DNA of 64,000 nucleotides, taken from Octopus vulgaris (taxonomy: Eukaryota). The DNA lies in NCBI GenBank assembly GCA_951406725.2, contig OX597832.1, positions 40,362,001-40,426,000 on the forward strand, given 5' to 3'. Shown in pieces: positions 38,853 through 52,831 of the stretch (within the stretch, counting starts at the first letter, position 1; the number at the start of each line of letters is the position of its first letter). The notes beneath the pieces are model-generated. The model saw only the letters and a list, made by a program, of their open reading frames with translations. It searched no databases and had not been told where the DNA came from. The position numbers were made by a program, and so were the translations under genes.

Positions 38853-40117
38853 TTCTTATGTATGTATGTAGTTATGTGTGTGTGTGTGTGTGTGTGTGTG
38901 TCTTTGTGTCTCTATTTGTCCCCCACCACCTCTTGACAACCAGTGTTGTGTATTTACATCTCTGTAACTTAGCGGTTTGGCAAAAGAGACCCGATAGAAT
39001 AAGTACCAGGTTTTAAAAAAAGTACTGGGGTTTATTCGTTTGAGTGAAAATTCTTCAAGGCAGTGCCCCAGCATGGCCGTAGTCTAATGATTGAAACAAG
39101 CAAGAGATAACAGATACAATGTATAATCCGCTATGCACAGATTTACTTTTAGCTAATCAAGATTTTAGATTATCTTAGACAAGAAAACTGTTAGAGACTT
39201 CCTTGGTCATATGAAACATGCTGTAGATGACCGGTGGCCCACTTGGACCATTTTGTCCATTACTGGGTTAAAATAAAACAATAACATTTTTTTATGTTTC
39301 ATGTTTGAAGTTTAATATGGTCATAAATATAAAAAAAAAAAAAACGATGATAAATATGAATTAGTGATGATATAAAAAATACTTTTGCAATTTATTGTTT
39401 ATTTCTCAATTTAAACAAAGTTATGAGAATGCTAATTTTTCATTAATAAAAAAATGTTAATTAATATTGAATATTTGAATATTGGTACTGTGGATATCCC
39501 TTGGATAACATTGGTGGCAGGGAGAGAGGAGGCTGGTATGCATGGGCAATTGATGATCTTCCATAAGCAACCTTGCCCAGACTTGTACCTCGGCGGGGAA
39601 TTTTCAAGGTGCAATCCCATGGTTATTCATGACCAAAAGGGGGTCTTTACCCTTTAATACTGTGAAAGTATGGCTACATAGTTATGAAGTTTATTTCCCA
39701 ACCACATGGTTTTGGGTTCAGTCCCACTGCACAGCACCTTGGGTGAGTATCTTCTAATACAACTCCAGGTCAACCAAAGCCTTGTGTGAATTTCATAAAC
39801 AGAAACTGAAAGATGTTCATCTTGTGTGTGTGTGTGAGTATATATGCTCACAGCAACCACAAACCAGATGTGTCTATTCAACTCCGACAATAGAGAGAAG
39901 TCACCCTGTTCCATTCCACAATGACTACCTCTGATAAGCGCAGGGTTACATAACCAAACTGTTGCCTAATATTCCATTGAATCCCCAGTGCAAAACCACT
40001 TGGTAAGATCAGCCGTGATGGATATATAATACTGTACACTTCAATTAAAATAGACAGATAGATAGACAAACAGACAGATATTAGAAGAGTATAATTTTAT
40101 GAAGTATTGTCTGATAT

Positions 40118-40429
40118 ATAAAATGTTTTAAATATTTTTTTTTAAAGTCAAAACAATGCAAGTTACAAACTATTAATAATACAGGTCAATGGTTTATACT
40201 ATTACAAGGTATTTCAGTATTTCGGGGTTAGTAGCCCGTCTTCAGGAAATTTACAGAGATAAGGTGTTGCGAGCAGAGACATCAGTTATCAACACCTTTT
40301 CTCTGTAAATTTCCTGAAGAAGGGATCCTAACCCTAAAATACTGAAATACCAGGTAATAGTACAAACTATTGGCATGTATAATTAATTTTTTATAACTTG
40401 ACTTAAAAAAAAATATTCAAAACATTTAT
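40118..40429. repeat. 310-bp palindrome with a degenerate hammerhead in each arm
   Basis: Minus 40211-40250 ATTTC-CTGAAGA-CGGG..CCCC-GAAA-TACT-GAAAT; plus-strand mirror at 40309-40348. Confidence 0.8.
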
Positions 40430-40954
40430 GCGTATGCATGTGTGTGGGGGTGCATGTGTATGTGTTGGTTACTTTATGTCCCCATGACTCAATGGTTCAG
40501 CAAAAGAGAGTGATAGAATATGTACCAGACTTTAAAAAAATAAGAACTGGAGTTGATTTGTTTGACTGAACACTTCAAGGCAGTGCCCCAGCATGGCCAC
40601 TGTCCAATGACTGAAACCAGTTAAAGATGAAGATTAATACTGCTGGGTGATATTAATATTATCTTAAGCTTTTGCAAAAATTATGCAGGTCAAAATTTAA
40701 ATTAAATTTCATTTTTTTTTATATACATAATTTTGATGGTTAGAAGTATAAAATGACAAAATTAAGTTATTATAATTGTAGAAATTCAAAGACTTAATTT
40801 CAATTAGCCCACAGTGTATTTCTGCTATCAAAAATAGTAGAACAAGAAAAGGCAAAGTTATCTCTCAAAATTGAACTATAAAAAATATTAGTATATCATA
40901 AAATAAACCCAATCTACAACATAGGTATACAAATCAGTTTATCTGTTTGTCTGT

Positions 40955-41292
40955 CTATCTATCTCCTGAACTAGATGCCACATTTTCATCTGATAATTTA
41001 AAAGTTTTCAATCCTGTATTTGAACACATGGTAACATTTTTCCGTACTTCTGGAAGAAAGATTCCAGTCTCCACAACAAGTTGAATGGAAACTTGTAAGA
41101 CAACATTTTGATCGTTGTCCAGTGAACATGGGACATCAAGCAAAAACTGTTGAGTGGCATTTACGATGTATGAATATTTTCCTTCGATGGCTACATGATA
41201 AAAGAAACTGTGGTTGCTCTGGAAGTTGTGTGTCCAATTCACCAAAAGTTGCTGGTCCGTGAGTATGGTGAGGAAAAGCTCCAAGTTAGATT
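40955..41292 (-). CDS. gp130/domeless-like cytokine receptor, apparent terminal exon (FN3-like)
   Basis: Acceptor TTTTCTATTTCCAG|AA, phase 1, matches the previous exon; LLVNW..YHVAI..VLQVSIQL; ends SSSGDR-TAG. Confidence 0.75.
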
Positions 41293-41333
41293 CTGGAAAT
41301 AGAAAATAATATGAATAACAACAACAAAGTTAA

Positions 41334-41820
41334 AGTGAGAGTATGTTGTCAACTTAATGTGGCAGTCCCAGGGAAGGGAAGAATGCTATTGCTGTTTGGC
41401 CCTAGGAAACACTGCTTCCAATTGGCTGTGTGACACAAGCGTACTGTGTCCTTATGTTTTCAAACAGGGGAACACTTTGTCGTGCTGCTACTGTATAAGT
41501 CTCTCTAAGAGATTTAGAAATGCAATATTTCTAATTTTGTAGATCAGTGAATTTATTTCACTTGAAATTCTATGTTTTCAAAAGTGAATAAGCATTGACA
41601 GCTAGCATGCCAAGCTATGGCAGACTGATGAAGAGCAATTACTCTGAAACTAGGCTCTGGATGCTGGGTGGAAGTGCTTATCTCTCCTGTTTGAAAACAT
41701 AAGAACACAGTATGCTTGTGTCACATAGCCAACTGGAAACGGTGTTTCCTAGGGCTAAATAACAGTAGCATTCTTCCCTTTCCTGGGACTGTCACATTAA
41801 GTTGACAACATCCTATCACT
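41334..41820. repeat. foldback with ~140-bp arms enclosing a hammerhead motif
   Basis: Arms 41334-41477 / 41672-41820 are clearly complementary. Confidence 0.9.
41621..41659 (+). ncRNA. minimal hammerhead ribozyme motif (U16.1 mutated)
   Basis: CAGA-CTGATGA-AGAG-CAATTA-CTCT-GAAA-CTAG-GC-TCTG; a functional copy would read GAAACTAGTC. Confidence 0.65.
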
Positions 41821-42132
41821 GAAAAATTTAGACATGTATTATTTCGACAATAAAGTTTTGTAATAAAAATAAGATTATTGAAACAACAACCATAATAAGC
41901 GTTTCAAATATAGGAATGAGGCCCTGAGATTTGGTGGGAATAAGTTACTTTAATTAAACCCAATACTTTATTTTATTGATCCCTGGAGAAAGACAGAGAA
42001 AATCAAACCTGAATAGATTTGAACTTAGACTATAAAGAGATGTAAGTAAATACAGCTCTTTATAAGCTCTGTTGTCCAATACTCTAATTATACAGCTTTT
42101 TTGTCCAATAAACTAATGATTCTATCAACCTA

Positions 42133-42137
<5 letters not shown>

Positions 42138-42163
<26 letters not shown>

Positions 42164-42169
42164 GCTAAT

Positions 42170-42224
<55 letters not shown>

Positions 42225-42259
42225 CTAATAATAATAATAATAATAAAAATAATTTAAAA

Positions 42260-42323
<64 letters not shown>

Positions 42324-42382
42324 CTAATAATAATAATAATAATAATAAAAATAATTTTAAAAATAATAATAATAATAATAAT
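42138..42382. repeat. (AAT)n array with higher-order duplication
   Basis: Direct reading. Confidence 0.95.
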
Positions 42383-44472
42383 CCTTTCTACTGTAGGCAC
42401 ACGGCCTGAAATTTGGGGGAAGGGACAAAGTTGATTACATCAACCCCAAAGCATAACTGGTACTTATTTAATCAACCCCGAAAGGATGAAAGGCAAAGTC
42501 AACCTTGGTGGAATTTGAACTCAGAATGCAAAGAGGGACAAAATACCGCTAAGCATTTTGCTCGGCGTGCTAACGATTCTGCCAGCTCACCACCTTAATA
42601 ATAATAATAATAATAATAAAAATACGGAATGTGTAAGTCTTACCGTTTGGATGCAGTGTGTAATTGGTATGGGCCTTCTTTCCATTACAACCAATCATGT
42701 TACAGGGAACCACAGTGAAGTCATAACTGACAGACTTCATCAGAGAGTCAAATATTTTGAATTGAATTAGCATGTTCATGACAGAAACCAACATCACTTG
42801 TTCTGTTGAGCTTTTCGCACTCTGGAATACATCAAAAAGGAGTTTGATGGTCAAAGAATGTCAAAAACAAGGAAAAGTATTAATGTATGCATTTAACACA
42901 TTCCTTCCTATTTATCAAAGGAGGCACAAGGTCTTTCACACACACAACATAATTTCCTGCTTACTAAATTCACTCAGAAGGCTTTGGTCAGCCTGAGGCT
43001 ATAACAGAAGACGCTTGTTCAAAACGCATGCAAAGGGATTGAACCTGAAACCATGTGGTTAGGAAGCAAGCTTCTTACTCACACATCCATGCCTGCACCT
43101 ATAATAATGAAATTAAGATGTTGTGGGTTTTCTTCTTTGAATTCTGATCATCCAAGTCTTTTAACTATATTAATAATAATAATGATGATGATGATGATGA
43201 TGATTGATGATGATGATGATTGATGATGATGATGATGGATGATGATGATGATGATGATGAAGATGATGATGATTGATGATGATGATGATTGATGATGATG
43301 ATGATTGATGATGATGATGATGATGATTGATGATGATGATTGATAATGATTGATGATGATTGATGATAATGATGATGATGATGATGATGATGATCGTTTA
43401 ATGTCCGCTTTCCATGCTAGCATGGGTTGGACGATTTGACTGAGGACTGGCGAACCTGATGGCTGCACCAGGCTCCAATCTGATCCGGCAGAGTTTCTAC
43501 AGCTGGATGCCCTTCCTAACGCCAGGCACAAGGCCTGAAATTTGAGGGAGAGGGATAGTTGGTTACATTTTATCGACCCCCGAAAGGATGAAAGGCAAAA
43601 ATCAATCTCGGTGGAATTTGAACTCGGAACATAGTGACAAGTGAAATACAGCTAAGCATTTCGTCCAGCATACTAATGATTCTGCCAGCTCACCGCCTTT
43701 ATAATAATCCTTTCTACTTATAGGCACAAGGCCTGAAATTTGGGGGGGGGGGGATAAGTCAATCATATCGACCCCAGTATATGATTGGTACTTAATTTGT
43801 CAACCACTAAAGGATGAAAGGCAAAGTTGACCTCAGTGGAATTTGAACTCAGAATGTAAGGATGGATGAAATGCCTCTAAGCATTTTGCACAGCTAGCTA
43901 CCAATTCTGCCATCTCACTTCCTTAAGTAACAGCATAATATTAAAGGGTTGTTCAGTATATTTAATACAAAATGTGTGTTACAAGAGAAAAAATATCACG
44001 AAAAATACCAGAGGTTTATCAGACCATCTCTTATCAAGGTTTCCTTGTCAAAACTACTTCAAACCAAACTGAGACTTTGTTTTAAGGGAGTAACTCCACT
44101 GAAGCATGCTAGATAAATATTCTCTTCTAACGTCTTCTATTATCAGATCTACATAGGGAATTTTAGATTATTTATTCTTTTGACCTTTGGGACTATAAAA
44201 AAAGAGGTGTGTGTACACACACACACACACACACACACACGCAACACATATATATAAACACACACACATATATATATATAAACACACACACATATATATA
44301 AACACACACACACATATATATATAAACACACACACACACACATATATATAAACACACACACACACATATATCAGCACCATTTTAATATATCATAAGCAAG
44401 AGAGTTTATGTAGCTAATTTTCTGAATATCATTTGCGCTATTTATATACCATAAAAAAGATACTGATAAACA

Positions 44473-44503
<31 letters not shown>

Positions 44504-44880
44504 CTTTCATCCCTCTCTCTCCCACACACTCACCCACCCACGTTCCTATATTATTATATACGCAATACTTATAAGTAATTCTTCTGTTGGAATAGCCAAT
44601 TACTTACGGAACATCACAGAATATGAAATATAAACTCATAAAGTAATTACATGGTAACCATATGATTAAAAAACGTGATAAATGATAAATTACACATTTG
44701 GCAAATCGGTCTTTTTACTATAAGCACATGGAACCATGTAATTGGTAAGCAAGCTTCTTACCACGCAGCCCTACCTGCACCCGTACCACACAGTCATGGC
44801 TATGTGATTAAGGGGCTTGCTTCTGAGTGGGTTTAGTAGACGGAAACTGAGGGGAAATGTGTTGTGTATAAATATACATA

Positions 44881-45150
44881 TCAGGACACTGAAACTTATG
44901 GAAGGGATGGCAAAGGATCAAGATATCTGGGGATAAAGTACTGAGGGACAACCTCAGGACACTGAACCTAATTGAGGGAATGACAAAGGACCAAGATATC
45001 TGGGGGTAAAGTACTGAAGGACGGCCTCAGGACACTGAACTTAATTGAGGGGATGACAAAGGACTGAGATATCTGTGGATAAAGTACAGATGGAGGATCT
45101 CAGGACACCGACCCTAACAGAGGGGATGACAAAGGACCAAGATATCTGGC
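44881..45150 (+). repeat. 73-bp tandem repeat (~3.7 units) derived from the RTE ORF end
   Basis: Units start at 44881, 44954, 45027 and 45100; they encode LRTLNL.EGMTKD.DIW and run into an RTE tail ending ~45485. Confidence 0.8.
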
Positions 45151-45485
45151 ACCTTGCTGTACTCAAGAAGATCCGTCCTCCACAGCAGAAGTGTTAATGC
45201 TGCACCTCTGCTGAAGAGAAATGGTCTGCAACAGCCCTGTGCTGGTGCCATGTAAAAAAACACCTATGCCAGCAACATGTAATAGCTCCTGTGCCACACA
45301 AAAATCACCTGTGCTGGTGCCACATAAAAAGCACCCAGCACACTCCGTAACAACGGTTGGCATATTGAAAGGGCACCTAACTGTAGAAACCAAGCCAAAA
45401 TAGGACTGGAACTTGGTGCAGCTCTCCTGCTTTCCAACTCTGGTAAAACCATCCAACCTACAGCAGCATGGAAAATGGATATTAA

Positions 45486-45541
45486 AGGAGGAGGAGAAGG
45501 GGGAGGGTGGTGGTGATGGTGGTGGTGGTGATGATGATGAA

Positions 45542-45576
<35 letters not shown>

Positions 45577-45729
45577 CGATGGTGGTGGTGGTGGTGATGA
45601 TGATGATGATGATGACGACGACGATGGTGATGGTGGTGGTGATGATGATGATGATGACGATGGTGATGGTGGTGGTGATGATGATGATGATGATGACGAT
45701 GGTGATGGTGGTGGTGATGATGGTGGTGG

Positions 45730-45774
<45 letters not shown>

Positions 45775-45816
45775 GGAGGAGGAGGAGGAGGGTGTGGTGG
45801 TGGTGGTGGTGATGAT
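45486..45816. repeat. (GAT)/(GGT)/(GAG) trinucleotide array
   Basis: Direct reading. Confidence 0.95.
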
Positions 45817-46751
45817 GTATGTGCATGTGTTCCTGTTTCCTCGTTCTGACATTACGTGATAGTTGTAAGTGGTGCCAATACACAAATGGAGTTTATTCGT
45901 TTCCAAAAACTCATGCCCGACCAAGGGGAAATGTCACTTTAACTGGAAACAAGTGAGGGATGGCAAAGGAAGAACATCAACCATAGAAAATCTACTTCGA
46001 TGACTGGTCAGACCCATACAAGTAGGGAAAAGTGCAACGTTAAAATAATGACTATGATAACAGACATTGGGAACGATCAACAGCAATATATACAGTTGTG
46101 TGTGTGTGTGTAAGAGAGAGAGAGAGAGAGACAAACAGACAGTGCAATGCCTTGCAGTGACCACTGCTTTAATCCTCACGGGGTAGCTTTCAACAGATAA
46201 GAAAACTGGCAATGTCAGTTCTCATATAGGTTAAGGGCTTCTTTTCTATTTGTGTGTGTATGCGTACATTCATGCACAACATTCTAAGTATGTGTTTTTC
46301 CCTAATAGTTCAGCATCGTTAACTAATCCTGTGCAATCTACTCAATCAAATACAAGTGGTGCAAAGTACATTAAACAAGACTAAATATGTTCAAAACAAG
46401 AACTGCGAATAAGAGTGTTTAGCAAACTCCTCAGCAATAACACCAGTTAGGGTGGGGTTAATTTATACAGAGAGGAGCCAGCAGAGGGTAATATCCTGCT
46501 GGCTGACGAATTTGTTTTGAGAGGAGCTAAAAATGTGGGCTGTTAGATTATCTGGGCCACTATCTCCCAAAGGAGACAATGTGGATGGTAATGGGATTTT
46601 CTTTCATTTCCGCCCACAAATATGCGTAAATACATATGCACACATACACACATCCATTCATTCACATTTATACATGTTGTATCATGCTTGATAAATGATA
46701 TCAAATATTAAAAAATAAATTTATGACACAAAATACAGAGATGTAGAGTAA

Positions 46752-46816
<65 letters not shown>

Positions 46817-46944
46817 TCTTTTATTCTTTCACATGTTTCAGTCATTTGACCGTAGCAATGCTGGAGCACCAACTTTAGTCAAAGAGATCAACCCCAGGAC
46901 TTATTCTTTGTAAGCCTAGTACTTATTCTATATATATATATATA

Positions 46945-47152
46945 AAATGTGACCTCGTGTGTACCGTTGGCAATTTTTTTTCCTCTGCCTTCCCTTCTCT
47001 GGATCTTTCCTTCTCCTATGTTTCCGACGAAGAGCTCCGCTCGAAATGTTAAGGGCTCCTTCTTTCCTTCTTTCCTGAGCATCCAATAATACTATATTTG
47101 TTCCACGTCCTCGCGTTGTTGTGTTTTTTTGTGTTTTCTTGTTTGGATTAAC

Positions 47153-47153
<1 letters not shown>
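46945..47153 (+). mobile_element. second copy of the ~215-bp hammerhead mini-element (core CCGACGA..GAAATGTT)
   Basis: Aligns to the reverse complement of 8663-8877; (TA)n on both flanks. Confidence 0.8.
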
Positions 47154-47189
<36 letters not shown>

Positions 47190-48454
47190 TTTTATTCTTT
47201 TACATGTTTCAGTCATTTGACCGTAGCAATGCTGGAGCACCACCTTTAGTCAAAGAGATCAACCCCAAGACTTATTCTTTGTAAGCCTAGTACTCATTCT
47301 ATATATGTATATATATATATATATACATATATATCGTTACCAACGTCGCCTTACTGGCACCTATGCTAGTGGCACGTGTAAAAAGATTCGAGCGAGGTCA
47401 TTGCCAGTACCGCCTGACTGGCCACCGTGCTGGTGGCACGTAAAAAGCACCCACTACACTCTCAGAGTGGTTGGCATTAGGAAGGGCATCCAGCTGTAGA
47501 AACTCTGCCAGATCAAGATTGGTGCCTGATGCAGCCATCTGGTTCGCCAGCCCTCAGTCAAAATCGTTCAACCCATGCTAGCATGGAAAGGGGACGTTAA
47601 ATGATGATGATGATGATGAGGAGTACATTATGCTATGTAGTTTGTGCCTGATGGTTGTGCAGAGGTGATACACATTGTTATAATGCATTATTTGACCTGT
47701 TCTCAGCACAAGAAACTATTAGTAACACATATATAACATGTATTGTGTCTATTAAACAATATTTACCTTTCACCATATGAAGTACTTTTTCTGTTGATCT
47801 TACCATCATGGAACGAAACATTATGTATATATATATATATATATATTGACTGTGGCCATGCTGGAGCACCGCCTTTAGGAGAACAAATCGACCCCAGGAC
47901 TTATTCTTTGTAAGCCTAGTAATTATTCTATTGGTCCCTTTTGCCGAACCACTAAGTTATGGGGACGTAAACACACCAGCATCGGTTGTCAGGCGATGTT
48001 GGGGCGACAAAAACAGGCACATAAACATATACACACACACATACATATATATATATACATATATACAACGGGCTTCTTTCAGTTTCCGTCTACCAAATCC
48101 ACTCACAAGGCTTTGGTCGGCCTGAGGCTATAGTAGAAGACACTTGCCCAAGGTGCCACGCAGTGGGACTGAACCCGGAACCGTGTGGTTTGTAAGCAAG
48201 TACACCTATATATATATATATCATACATATTTATGGAACAGTTTCAAAATGGATAATTACCTTAACACTGATTTGGTAGTGAGTTATGATGTTATCTGTG
48301 TCTGTATGTTTCCATATCAACATAATTTTGGAGTTAGTCACTTTTACTGCTGTCAGACCTTCAACTCTGGGTAAAAACACTGCAATAAACATTGAGAAAA
48401 TAATAAAAATAAATAATCAACTGTTATTATCTAGTGCAGGGTCACTTAGTACTG

Positions 48455-48519
<65 letters not shown>

Positions 48520-48733
48520 TTTGTATATATTCTTTTATTCTTTTACTTGTTTCAGTCATTAGACTGTGGCCATGCTGGGGCACTGCCTCAAAGAATTTTA
48601 ATCAAATGAATCAATCCAGTACTTATTTTTTAAAATCTGGTATTATTCTCTTGGTCCTTTTTTTGCTGAACCGCTAAGTTATGGGGATACAAACACACCA
48701 ACACTGGTTGTCAAGTGGCGGTGAGGGACAAAC

Positions 48734-48774
<41 letters not shown>

Positions 48775-48783
48775 CACACACAT

Positions 48784-48814
<31 letters not shown>

Positions 48815-49302
48815 GGGCTTCTTTAAGTTTCTGTCCCCCAAATTCACTCACAAGTCTTTAGTCAGTGTGAGGCTATAGTATAGTGGTCCTCAACTTGGGG
48901 TCCACCAGAGTAAAATTGTAATCAATGGGGTGCATAGATAAAAAATGCTTGAGAACCCCTGCTATAGTAGAAGACACTTGCCCAAGGTGCCACACAGAGG
49001 GGCTGAACGCAGAGCCTAGTGGTTGGAAAGCAAACTTCCTACCACACAGTTAAGCCTGCACATGCAAACATACATACATACATGCATATATACATACATA
49101 CATGCATACGCACATACATATATACATACATACATGCATACATATGCACACACATACATACATACATGCACGTATGCTCTAATACATACATACATACATA
49201 CATACATATTATAGTAGATGAATGGGAGCTTGGAAGGACAGATATAAGATAGACAGACAGGCAAAGAGATAGACAGACAGACAGACAGGCAGACAGACGA
49301 TG

Positions 49303-49352
<50 letters not shown>

Positions 49353-49383
49353 AGAAGAGATAAGATGTATAAGAATATCTCAC

Positions 49384-49548
49384 CATCTTTTTCGGTCCTC
49401 ACAATAAATGAGTCACTCCTGACTGTCTGGTATTCTGAGGTCACGATACTGAAGCATATAGCATAATCCGTGTCGGATAACAGATTATCAAGTACTACAC
49501 TTTTAACACTGGGCTTTAATCCGTCCCTTGATATGTTCTTCCTGTTGC
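49384..49548 (-). CDS. cytokine receptor-like exon (FN3 second half)
   Basis: TTTCATTTGCAG|GC..GATG|GTGAGA, phase 1-1; VVLDNLLSDTDYAICFSI. Confidence 0.88.
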
Positions 49549-50026
49549 CTGCAAATGAAAACGTTTTGTAAGAAAGTTGGTTATATGATTTTTTTGCTTG
49601 TTTGTTTGTTTTTATTGTTGCTGTTTCAGAAAAGGGAGAACAAATAAAGGTTAATTGAGAAATGCATGACTGTCACACAATCTATTTTACATGGTTAACT
49701 TTGGGGGTCAACTATTTTTAGGGTAATATCCAGGATCCAAGAAAACAGTTGAGAGGGGCTGGTCTATTGATCTTTGTTAGTAACAATTGTAATAGCCATT
49801 TCAAATTTTGGTACAAGGCCAGCAATTTCAGTGGGAGCGCGATAGTTGATTACATCGCCCCCCCCCCAGTACTTGTCTGGTACTTTATTTTAACAAGCCT
49901 AAAAAAATGAAAGATGAAAGGGGCAAAGTTGACCTGAGTAGAATTTGAACTCAGAAAGTAAAGGCCCAGAAGAAATGCTGCTAAGTGTTTTGTCCAATGA
50001 GCTCATGCTTCTGCCAGCTGACTATT

Positions 50027-50958
50027 CTAAGTTTGGTTGTTAATAGGTATGATATAGTCTGATGTTTTAAATACAAATTCCTTGACAAAGTGGTCTGACA
50101 TTTTGGACTCAGATTTTTTGACAAAATGCTTTGATGTTTTGGACATAGATTCTTCAACATGTTTTGGACATAGATTCTTCAACATGTTTTGGACATAGAT
50201 TCTTCTTGTGCCAAAGTTTTGTAATGAAATCCAACAGAGGTTGTAGATGTTAATAAATCTGGTTGACAGGACGAGTGAAAAAGTAGAAGGACATGTGTGC
50301 CTAAAACATTGGACCACCCTGTTGAAGGATCTATGTCTGAAATGTTGGTCCATTCTATCAAAGGACCTGTATTTGAAACATTAGAGTGAAAGACCATTGA
50401 AAGCATTCCATTGAAGGAGCTAGGCTCAAACTGTTGAACCACTCTGTCAAAAGATCTATACCTAAAGCGTCAGATCATTTTGTCAAAGGATCTATGTCCA
50501 AAATGTCATCATTTAACATCTGTTTTCCACGCTAGCATGGGTTGGACAGTTCAACCGGGGTCTGGAAGCCATGGAGGCTGCACCAGGCTCCAATCTTGAT
50601 CTGGCAGTGTTTCTACAGCTGGATGCCCTTCCTAATGCCAACCACTCCATGAGTGTAATGGGTGCCTTTTACATGCCACCGGCACAGGGGCCAGAGCAGG
50701 CTGGCAAACGGCCACAATCGGTTGATGCTTTTACGTGTCACCAACACAGATGCCAGCCAGGCAGCGCTGGCATCTGCCATGTTCAGACGGTGCTTTTTAC
50801 ATGTCACCGGCAGGGGTGTCTTAACTGTTGCGGAATCTATGTCCAAAACATCAAAGCAGTTCGTCAAAAAATTTGAGTCCAAAATGTCAGACCACTTTGT
50901 CAAAGAATCTATATTTAAAACATCAGACTAAATCATACCTATTAACAACCAAACTTAG
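50027..50958. mobile_element. Foldback-like DNA element with ~125-bp modular TIRs and a nested RTE tail (~50505-50820)
   Basis: Mirror ends CTAAGTTTGGTTGTTAATAGG / CCTATTAACAACCAAACTTAG; ~36-bp internal subrepeats. Confidence 0.8.
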
Positions 50959-51967
50959 TGACACTTGACACTCCTGAATTTTATATCAAACCTTATGTAG
51001 TTGGGGTGGTTAACCCTGCTATCACTATGACTTAAGAAAGCCAGGTCTTGTAATGGTGAGGGCTTTCTTTTATGATAAGTACAACAACAATCGTAAAGAG
51101 TAGTATTGCAAGAACTATTATCACAACAACAACACACTAAAATATTACTACTACAGCTCAGTCGGGCAAAATGCTTAGTGGCATTTCGTCCATCTCTATG
51201 ATCCGAGTTCAAATTCCACCAAGGTTGACTTTGCCTTTCATCCTTTCGGAGATGATAAAATAAATACCAATACCAGCTGAGCATTGGGGTCAGTGTAATC
51301 AACTTTCCCCTCCTCCGAAATTGCTGGCCTTGTGCCAAAATTTCAAACCAATATTACTACTACTACACCAACACTGCTACCACCAACACACATGACTATC
51401 ATCTTCACAACAATCATAACCGCAAAAACCATTATATCAGCACATCACAACAGCAATATTAAATCAGATCACAACAAGCATATGATCAAAATACCACCAA
51501 TACCACCACCACAACAACAACATAACACCACCACAATACCTCCACTATAACCATACTATCACAGCTACCACTATCACATCCTAACACCATCTCCACAATT
51601 ATAACACCACCATTACCACAACCACCACCATCACAGCAACTACTACCCCAACATCCTCATTACACTAATGCCAACATCATGTAATTGCCAGCACCACCAC
51701 AACCACTATTACAACAACCATCACAACAACAACAAACAAATACACGACCATCACCACTCTGGTAACGACTACAAGATCAAGCCAACGAAGAAGACTTGAC
51801 CTGCTAGAAATAGCAGCCAGTTAGATTTGCCTCAAATCACACTCTACCATCTTAAAAAATGATGGAAGATCACATTCAACAACATGTTCTAGACAGGGTG
51901 GATCAGAGATGATCCCGGGGTTAAACAACAACAACAACAACAACAACTAGAAGGTGTAGTAGCTTAC

Positions 51968-52138
51968 CTTTGGTACAGTAGCGTCCAGGACTGTAATCAA
52001 CTTGGAAGTATGCAGGTAAACCAAGTAAATTGTTACATTTCACCTCAGGTAGAACAACATGAAGACCAACATCACCTTCCAGGTTAGCAGAAAATATTAG
52101 TGGGCTTTCTAACTTGGGCATACCTCCACGCTTGGCAA
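51968..52138 (-). CDS. cytokine receptor-like exon
   Basis: TCTTTTTGTCAG|TT..AAAG|GTAAGC, phase 1-1; KCNNLLGLPAYFQVDY. Confidence 0.88.
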
Positions 52139-52233
52139 CTGACAAAAAGAGAGAAGAAAATGGACAATATAAAAAGTGTTGCAGTATAAAGGTCACAAGT
52201 CATCTTAAGGGCCTCTGAAAATTTTTTACTTTA

Positions 52234-52273
<40 letters not shown>

Positions 52274-52534
52274 TAAAATGAGACATACTTATCTGCATGG
52301 CCGAAACAGCTGTAAGATATAGTTTATATTTATATTTATATTTATTTATATTTATATTCTCTTATACATATTGTACTTATTGTATCATATTACTCCTTTA
52401 TGTACACTGTTTTGTTCTATATTATTATGTTTGACCTTAAAGTTTCTTATGTGGTGGTTTAATAAAGTATGTGATTGGGTATTATCTGGTAGTTGATATT
52501 TGATTTGGATGTATTTCTCCATTTTCTTATTTTG

Positions 52535-52585
<51 letters not shown>

Positions 52586-52831
52586 GTATCACAAGAAACA
52601 ACAAGGTTTCTTTCTTTAACATTTTACATAGTTCAACCTACACAAGTCAATGTGTGGAAAACAAAATAGGAATTTTGGAAGGAATTCTATAAAACTAGTT
52701 TTTAAACATCAAATGGCTGTGGGGGATGCACCAGAATAAAATAGTAATCAAAGGAATCCATAGATGAAAAATAGTTGAGAACCCCCTGATCTAGAGATTG
52801 TGGAGCTGTAGAAAGAAGAGAGAGAACGTAC

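Noticed and set aside
45413-45859. Poly-Asp/Gly ORF, and similar poly-Ser/Gly ORFs at 26744 and 29449
   Set aside because: Trinucleotide arrays attached to retroelement tails or other low-complexity DNA; no gene structure
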